Source: Archangiaceae bacterium | Lineage (GTDB): Bacteria > Myxococcota > Myxococcia > Myxococcales > Myxococcaceae | Length of the DNA: 22,843 bases | Assembly: GCA_043750125.1 (NCBI GenBank) | Contig: JAYVCD010000405.1 | Span: 1-22,843, forward strand | Reading direction: 5' to 3' | Shown here: in pieces, positions 17,101-22,843 of the stretch | Layout of the letters: every line of letters begins with the position of its first letter | Position numbering within the stretch: the stretch's first letter is position 1 | Position numbers and translations under genes: made by a program | The notes under the pieces: model-generated | Seen by the model: the letters and a program-made list of their open reading frames with translations, nothing else | What the model was told of the DNA's origin: nothing | The model's database searches: none

Positions 17101-18417
17101 TTGGACTCCTTCGACCTCGTCATTCGCAACACCTCGGAAGTGGCCACCTGCGACGGCCCCGTGGGCCCCGACGCGATCGCCACCATCGCCGCCATCCCCA
17201 AAGGGGCCGTCGCCATTTCGGGCGGCCGCATCGCCTGGCTCGGACCCGAGGTCGACCTTCCGAAAGAAGGCATCGGCCCCGAGACCGAAGAGCTCGATGC
17301 CCGCGGCAGCTTCGTCGGACCCGGCTTCGTCGACCCCCACACCCACCTGATCTTCGGCGGCGAACGCTCGGCCGAGTTCGAACAGCGCTGCCAGGGCCTG
17401 AGCTACCTTCAAATCGCCAAGTCCGGCGGAGGAATCGCCAGCACCGTCAAGGCGACCCGCGCTGCCAGCGAGCGTGAGCTGGCCTACTCGGCGATGCCCC
17501 GCGCCGTCGCGCTGCTCTCTCACGGCGTCACCACCGCTGAAGTCAAAAGCGGCTACGGGCTCGACCTCGATACCGAGCTGAAGATGCTGCGCGCGATCAA
17601 GCAGCTCAACGGTCTGCAGGCGGTGAGGCTCGTGGGAACCGTGCTGCCGCTTCATGCCCTGCCCCCCGAGCACAAAGACTCGCGCGAGGCGTACGTGAAG
17701 TTCTGCGTCGAAGAGCTGCTGCCCCGGGTCGCCTCTGAAAAGCTCGCCCGGTTCTGCGACGCCTTCGTCGAGCAATCGGCCTTCACCGCCGACGAGGCCC
17801 GCTTGCTGATGAAGCGCGCCCGCGAGCTGGGCTTCATTCCAAGGCTCCATGTCGACCAACTCACCGCCGGACGCGCGGGGGCACAACTGGCTGCCGAGCT
17901 GGGCTGCGCCTCGGCCGACCACCTCGAGCAGATCTCACCCGAAGGAATTTCCGCCCTCGCCCGTACCCAAACGGTGGCGGTCCTCGCTCCGACGTCCAGC
18001 CTCTTCGCCCGGGTCAAGCCCTACGCGCCCGGCCGAGCGTTGCGCGAGGCCGGCGTCACCGTCGCCCTGTGCACCAACTGCAACCCCGGTTCCTCGATGT
18101 CCGAGAACGTTTCGCTGGCCATGGGGCTGGCCTGCCTCGAAAACGGGCTCACCCCGGCCGAGGCCTACCTGGGCTTCACCCGCTCTGCGGCCGCCGCGCT
18201 GGCCATGCCCGAGCTGGGGCGGCTATTTCTCGAAGGCCCGGCCGACGTCGTCGTCTATCAATGCAAGAGCTTCAGACAGCTTTCGTACCACCTGGGCGTT
18301 AGCGAAGTACGGCACGTCCTCAAAGACGGGCTGGTGGCTTTCGAGTTTGGCAGGGTCGTGACCCGGTTGGGCGGAGTCGTCACCCAGCACGGCAGAGTTG
18401 TTGGCTTGCCCGGGTGA
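17101..18417 (+). CDS. hutI: Imidazolonepropionase
   Basis: TTG start 9 bp after the hutU stop. Motifs PGFVDPHTH, GGGIASTVKATR, GVTTAEVKSGYGL, HVDQL, SADHLE and NPGSS. Confidence 0.95.
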   Translation: MDSFDLVIRNTSEVATCDGPVGPDAIATIAAIPKGAVAISGGRIAWLGPEVDLPKEGIGPETEELDARGSFVGPGFVDPHTHLIFGGERSAEFEQRCQGLSYLQIAKSGGGIASTVKATRAASERELAYSAMPRAVALLSHGVTTAEVKSGYGLDLDTELKMLRAIKQLNGLQAVRLVGTVLPLHALPPEHKDSREAYVKFCVEELLPRVASEKLARFCDAFVEQSAFTADEARLLMKRARELGFIPRLHVDQLTAGRAGAQLAAELGCASADHLEQISPEGISALARTQTVAVLAPTSSLFARVKPYAPGRALREAGVTVALCTNCNPGSSMSENVSLAMGLACLENGLTPAEAYLGFTRSAAAALAMPELGRLFLEGPADVVVYQCKSFRQLSYHLGVSEVRHVLKDGLVAFEFGRVVTRLGGVVTQHGRVVGLPG

Positions 18418-18457
18418 GCTTTCCGGGTCGAATCAGGAGTAAAAGCAAAGGACCCGC

Positions 18458-19180
18458 ATGTGTCGCCTTTTTGGAATTCAGTCCGATCGACCCGCGCGCC
18501 AACACCGCGCCTTCGCCGCGCTGCGTTCGCAATCGCACGAGCATAAAGACGGCTGGGGCGTGGCGCGCTTCGATGGCCCGAAGATCGAGATCGCCGTCGG
18601 CCTCGAGCCCGCTCACAACAGCGCGCGCTTTCAAGAGCTCGGCTCACTGCAGACCCGCGCGTTGCTCGCCCACATTCGCCTCGCCTCGGTCGGGGGCATT
18701 TGCCAGACCAACGCCCACCCGTTCGTCTCAGAGGGTTGGGCCTTCACCCACAACGGGACCATTCGTCGCTTCGCCGAGCACAAAGAGACTTTCGAGGCCT
18801 TGCTCCCCGAGCAGCGGCGCGCAGCGATTCGCGGGCAGACCGATACCGAACGGTGCTTCCAGCTCTTCTTGCACCACCTCGAAGGCTCCACCCTCTCCGA
18901 CGTGGCCCGCGCGCTCGGGAAGGTGATGCGCGCGGTCGACCAGGTCTTCGATCAAGGGCAAGCCGAAAAATCCTCGACCAACTTCCTCGTCGGCAATGGC
19001 CTGGTGATGGCCGCCTCGCGCCGGGGGCGCTCCTTGTTCTCGGCCCAGGCAGACGGAACTCACATGATCGCCAGTGAGCCGCTGTGGCACGATCACTCGT
19101 GGACCGAAGTTCCTGAAGAGCACGTGGTCGGAGTCGACCAGACCGCCCTCTTCCAACGCTTCGACCTCGCCAGGCTGTAG
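18458..19180 (+). CDS. Class II glutamine amidotransferase (YafJ/EgtC-like Ntn hydrolase)
   Basis: N-terminal MCRLFG places the nucleophilic Cys at position 2. Motifs HKDGWG, AHIRLASVG, NAHPF, FTHNGTI, GQTDTE and IASEPL. RBS AAAGGA. Confidence 0.93.
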   Translation: MCRLFGIQSDRPARQHRAFAALRSQSHEHKDGWGVARFDGPKIEIAVGLEPAHNSARFQELGSLQTRALLAHIRLASVGGICQTNAHPFVSEGWAFTHNGTIRRFAEHKETFEALLPEQRRAAIRGQTDTERCFQLFLHHLEGSTLSDVARALGKVMRAVDQVFDQGQAEKSSTNFLVGNGLVMAASRRGRSLFSAQADGTHMIASEPLWHDHSWTEVPEEHVVGVDQTALFQRFDLARL

Positions 19181-19188
19181 CCCTCTTT

Positions 19189-20283
19189 TCAGGCCTCGCG
19201 CATTTCGACCGGACGACTGCCGAGCGCCTTGCGCAGGGCCTCTTCAAACGCGCCCCGCCGCGGATCCTCGGCAGGAGCATTGGTCCACACCACCGCCCGG
19301 CGCACCGACGGCAACGCGAAGTTCTTCAGCAGCGCCCGGAGCACCGTCTTGCGCATCGGCGCCGCGTGCTTGACGTGGCCCAGGTGAGCCTCGAACGCTC
19401 CGCACGGCCCCACCACCATTGGCGCTCCCCAGAAAAAATCGGGGCGCAGCTCGGGCCGCACCCACAACTGGTAGCGCCCCGTTCCACTCGCCGGCACGAA
19501 GCGGCAGCCCAGCCGACGCTTGTGGGTGAACAGGCCGTCGTTGAGCAGCGCGCGGCAAAAACCCAGATCCACAGCGGATACCGACAATTCCTGCGCCAGC
19601 TGAAAGACCGCCAGTTCCAGCGCCGCCGTCCGCTCGGCCAACATCAAAGGGTGCTCGAGCGCATCCAGCCGAAACCCGTTGCGGTCATACGCCAGCGCCT
19701 CGTGCCCATCGAAGAGCACCGCCCCGCACACCGGCTCGCCCTTGTGGGTCACCGTCAACACCCGGCCTCCTTTTTCGAACCGCCGGGCCAGCGCGGGCAG
19801 CGAATCGATTCTCGCCCGCGCCCCAAAGCGCGCCTCGAGGTAGGGCCGGTGAACCTCGTTGAAGAAGTGGACCAGGTCCAAGGGCTCTTCACCCACCGTC
19901 CACTTCCAGTCGCGCGAACGAAACACCTTCCGCAACCGGCGCCGGTGCGCCTTGGATCGAACCGCTTTGATCTGAGCCTCGACGGTCGGCCGAATGTCCA
20001 ACACCGCATCGAAGAACGGGTGGTAGCGCAGCGCGCCCTCGAACGGCAGCGGCAGCGGCTCGGCGACCAGCATCACGTCCGGGTTCACCGCCCCACTCAG
20101 GCCAAACCGCGGCGGCCCTTCGAAGAAGTCCCGGCACTCATCCGCGTGGGGGCTCGCACCGACGAACGTCATCGCAATCTGGCGACTGCTTCCCTTCAGC
20201 GCACCCTGGACAAAGCGAACACCCACCCCGTTTCGAACGAGGGCCCGCGCGTCGCTTGCACCCCCTTGCAGACGGTTTGCCAT
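19189..20283 (-). CDS. GNAT/FemAB-like acyltransferase-fold protein
   Basis: SKAHRRRLRK helix, strands VLTVTHKGEPVCGAVL and C-terminal VDLGFCRALLNDGLFTHKRRLG match the FemAB/GNAT pattern. The call is inferred. Confidence 0.55.
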   Translation of the reverse strand: MANRLQGGASDARALVRNGVGVRFVQGALKGSSRQIAMTFVGASPHADECRDFFEGPPRFGLSGAVNPDVMLVAEPLPLPFEGALRYHPFFDAVLDIRPTVEAQIKAVRSKAHRRRLRKVFRSRDWKWTVGEEPLDLVHFFNEVHRPYLEARFGARARIDSLPALARRFEKGGRVLTVTHKGEPVCGAVLFDGHEALAYDRNGFRLDALEHPLMLAERTAALELAVFQLAQELSVSAVDLGFCRALLNDGLFTHKRRLGCRFVPASGTGRYQLWVRPELRPDFFWGAPMVVGPCGAFEAHLGHVKHAAPMRKTVLRALLKNFALPSVRRAVVWTNAPAEDPRRGAFEEALRKALGSRPVEMREA

Positions 20284-20360
20284 GACTCGTTTACATTCTT
20301 TGGGGGCGCGCGGCGCAAATCGAGAGAAACTTACGGCCGTCCCGCTTTTCCTCGCCCCCC

Positions 20361-21839
20361 ATGCTCTTCAACTCTCACGTTTTTCTGTTCGCCTACCTCC
20401 CGCTGGCGCTGCTGGCCGTGTTCGGCCTGGGACGACTGGGCTTTCGCGGAGCCCTCGCCGGGCTGACCCTCGCAAGCTTCGCCTTCTATGCCTGGTGGGA
20501 CTGGCACAACCTCTTCATCCTCGTCCCTTCGCTGCTGGTGAACTTCGTCTTCGGACGTTTGCTCACCCGAAACGCCGAGAAACGCGAAGGGCGATCTTCG
20601 AGGGTGCTGCTGATCATCGCGATCGTCTTCAACCTCTGCCTGCTCGGCTATTTCAAGTACCTCGACTTCGCGATCTCGACCGTCAGCACGCTCACCGGGG
20701 TGCAGTACGCGCTCAAGCACATCGTCCTTCCGCTCGGCATCTCGTTCTTCATCTTCGAGCAGATCGCTTACGTGGTCGATTCGTCCCGTGGCAAGGCCCG
20801 GCCCTACGGCTTCCTCGAGTACTGCGTCTTCGTCACTTTTTTTCCCCACCTGATCGCTGGGCCGATCATCCAGCACGATGAGCTGCTCGCGCAGATGGAT
20901 TCGCGCATTCAGCGTCCCAATCGTGAAAATCTTTCGATCGGGTTTTCACTGTTCATCATCGGGCTGTTCAAGAAGGTCGTGCTGGCCGACACCATCGCGC
21001 TGCACGTCGGGCCGGTCTACGACGCGGGCCTCCACGCCGCCGTCCCCACGCTCTTCGCGGCCTGGCTCGCGACGATCGCCTACTCGATTCAGCTCTACTT
21101 CGACTTCTCGGGCTACTCGGACATGGCGATCGGGCTGGCCCGGGTGTTCAACCTCAAGCTGCCGGCCAATTTCGACTCGCCCTACCGCGCCCACAACATC
21201 ATCGACTTCTGGCGGCGGTGGCACCTCACGCTCTCGCGGTTCCTCCGCAATTACCTCTACATCCCACTGGGCGGAAATCGCGGCGGTCAGGTGCGTCGCT
21301 ACTTCAACCTCTTCCTCACCATGCTGCTCGGAGGCCTTTGGCACGGCGCCGGGTGGGGCTTCGTCCTCTGGGGTGGGCTCAACGGGTTGTTCCTCGTGCT
21401 CAACCACCTGTGGCGCAGCGTCTGGAAGCTCTCGAAGGACAACCTGCGCCCCACCGGCCGGTTGGCCCTCGAGGTCGGCCTCACCTGGACCTTCCTGTTG
21501 ATCATGTTCAGCCGGGTCTTCTTCCGCACCCCGTCGTTCGCCGCTGCCGTCCGGGTGCTCAAAGGTCTCTTTGGCCAGGGGGGCTTTGCGATCGCCGAAG
21601 GCCTGCGGTCCGAATGGAAAGCGGTCGTGATGCTCGCGGTGCTCTACGCCTGGTGTCGCTACGCGCCCAACAGCCAGCAGTGGCTCGCCGCGCATGCGCC
21701 GGTGCTCAAGCCCGTCGAAGGAGCCTCGCCCTGGCAGGTGCAGTTCAACCCGCGCTGGGCGCTGGTCTTCGCCGCCCTCGGCCTCACGTCCCTGCTGCTC
21801 TTCAACCGGGTCAGCGAGTTTCTCTACTTTCAGTTCTGA
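20361..21839 (+). CDS. MBOAT family O-acyltransferase (AlgI/PatA/DltB-like)
   Basis: Motifs MLFNS..FL, LGYFKY, LPLGISFF, FFPHLIAGPI, GLFKKVVLAD, YFDFSGYSDMAIG, DFWRRWHLTLS, YLYIPLGGNR and GLWHGA with the catalytic His. Ends FLYFQF. Confidence 0.97.
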   Translation: MLFNSHVFLFAYLPLALLAVFGLGRLGFRGALAGLTLASFAFYAWWDWHNLFILVPSLLVNFVFGRLLTRNAEKREGRSSRVLLIIAIVFNLCLLGYFKYLDFAISTVSTLTGVQYALKHIVLPLGISFFIFEQIAYVVDSSRGKARPYGFLEYCVFVTFFPHLIAGPIIQHDELLAQMDSRIQRPNRENLSIGFSLFIIGLFKKVVLADTIALHVGPVYDAGLHAAVPTLFAAWLATIAYSIQLYFDFSGYSDMAIGLARVFNLKLPANFDSPYRAHNIIDFWRRWHLTLSRFLRNYLYIPLGGNRGGQVRRYFNLFLTMLLGGLWHGAGWGFVLWGGLNGLFLVLNHLWRSVWKLSKDNLRPTGRLALEVGLTWTFLLIMFSRVFFRTPSFAAAVRVLKGLFGQGGFAIAEGLRSEWKAVVMLAVLYAWCRYAPNSQQWLAAHAPVLKPVEGASPWQVQFNPRWALVFAALGLTSLLLFNRVSEFLYFQF

Positions 21840-21841
21840 TC

Positions 21842-22843
21842 ATGACCGCGCCCCAACCCCTTCAGATTGGCAAGATCCTCGACCCAACTCCCCCGGCGCC
21901 CGCGGGAAGGCCTCGGATCTTTTTGTCGATCGTCCTGGGAATTCCCTTCCTCGCCCTGGTGGCCACGCTGGCCTTCTGCGCCTGGGTCGACCCGTTTGGG
22001 CTGTACCGGTGGTTTCCCGAACGCCCGGGGTTCAACGCCCACAAACCGCGTCAGCAAAGCCACGAGCGCATGGTTCGCGCCGCAGACCTCTCGCGGCTGG
22101 CTCCCGATGCGATCATTCTGGGAACCTCCCGCGCGCAAGTGGGGCTCGACCCCGAGGCGCCCGCGTGGGCCGGCGTCGCCCAACGCCCGGCCAACTCTGC
22201 CTTTTCGGACGGCACGCCCTACGAGGCGCTGCGTTACCTCGAGCACGCCCACCGCCAATCGAAGATCAAATTCGCCGTGATCGGCGTCGACTACCTGAGC
22301 TTCGTCGGTGACGTTCGCAACAGCCCCGACTACTCGGACGATCGACTCGCAACCTCGAAGCGCCACGCGCCCCAGCCGTTCTTCCGTTGGGCCGACGCCC
22401 CTTCGGCGTTGATGAGCTTCGACGCGCTGAGAATCAGCCGGCGCACCCTGCTCGAGCAAGACCAGCCCAGCTACTTCACCGACCGCGGGCGACGAAACAC
22501 CTTCACCATGGAACAGCGCATCGTCGACCAGCAGGGGGCCCGGGGCGCCATCCTCTGGAGCGAGCGCGACTACGCCGACAGCTACGTCTGCGCCGACCCC
22601 GCCCGCCTCCAGGCCCACCTGAAGGACTTCGAGGCGCTGGCCGCGTTCGCCAGGGCCGAGAGGATTCGCCTCGTCGTCATGACCTCGCCTTCCCACGTGC
22701 GCAGCCTCGAGCTCTTGCGCGCCGCCGGGCTGTGGCCCGAGGTCGAGCGGTTCAAGCGCGAGGTTTGTAGGATCACCACCGCCTCCGGTTTCGCGTTCTG
22801 GGAGCTCGGCGTCCCCGATGCGCGCACCACCGCCGAAGAAGTG
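21842..22843 (+). CDS. Membrane-anchored SGNH-like partner of the MBOAT (AlgJ/PatB/DltD-like), 3'-truncated by the window edge
   Basis: Absent from the ORF track because it has no stop in the window. ATG lies 2 bp after the MBOAT stop and the frame stays open to the window end. A TM helix is followed by VDPFGLY, IILGTSRAQVGLDP, ANSAFSDGTPYE, VIGVDYLSF and VMTSPSH. Confidence 0.8.
   Translation, partial: MTAPQPLQIGKILDPTPPAPAGRPRIFLSIVLGIPFLALVATLAFCAWVDPFGLYRWFPERPGFNAHKPRQQSHERMVRAADLSRLAPDAIILGTSRAQVGLDPEAPAWAGVAQRPANSAFSDGTPYEALRYLEHAHRQSKIKFAVIGVDYLSFVGDVRNSPDYSDDRLATSKRHAPQPFFRWADAPSALMSFDALRISRRTLLEQDQPSYFTDRGRRNTFTMEQRIVDQQGARGAILWSERDYADSYVCADPARLQAHLKDFEALAAFARAERIRLVVMTSPSHVRSLELLRAAGLWPEVERFKREVCRITTASGFAFWELGVPDARTTAEEV

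Noticed and set aside
15301-17922. 873-aa minus-strand ORF, and similar long shadow ORFs at 2449-4335, 4203-5900, 10017-11333 and 11330-13108
   Set aside because: They are antisense or alternate-frame shadows of well-supported genes, as expected from high-GC codon bias. They contain no recognisable motifs.
15430-19180. Ergothioneine synthesis or degradation locus
   Set aside because: HutU looks canonical and no egtB/egtD or ergothionase gene is in the window. The EgtC-like fold alone is insufficient.
20837-20843. T7 run in the MBOAT gene (and C7 at 7101-7107) as phase-variation tracts
   Set aside because: Both are short and in frame. The T7 run encodes the conserved TFFP motif and the C7 run lies in LPPR, with no sign of slippage.

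Overview
High-GC chromosomal window that looks myxobacterial (Myxococcota). The assignment is inferred from an AgmX/PglI C-terminal protein, many lipoproteins with DAG/DGG linkers and a choice-of-anchor-D-type lipoprotein. From left to right it holds: the 3' end of a PHP-like (CehA/McbA-type) metallohydrolase, a small membrane protein and a beta-propeller-like lipoprotein. Next is a short-chain acyl-CoA cluster on the minus strand (hbd, crotonase and two acyl-CoA dehydrogenases enclosing an AgmX/PglI-C secreted protein), interrupted by an opposite-strand SGNH lipoprotein. An mrp/apbC operon, a GT-C-like polytopic membrane protein and three small exported proteins follow. Then comes a ~1.3 kb segment bounded by a perfect 24-bp direct repeat and carrying one Ig-like lipoprotein gene. 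The right end has hutU-hutI plus a class II glutamine amidotransferase, a GNAT/FemAB-like gene and an AlgI-type MBOAT with its SGNH-like partner, which runs off the window. I found no rRNA, tRNA, CRISPR array, transposase or integrase. The most notable signals are the direct-repeat-bounded cassette, TA-initiated hexamers at a fixed distance before several ATGs (possible leaderless promoters) and a HutI with Asn in place of the usual metal-ligand Asp. All family assignments come from motif recognition, not database searches.
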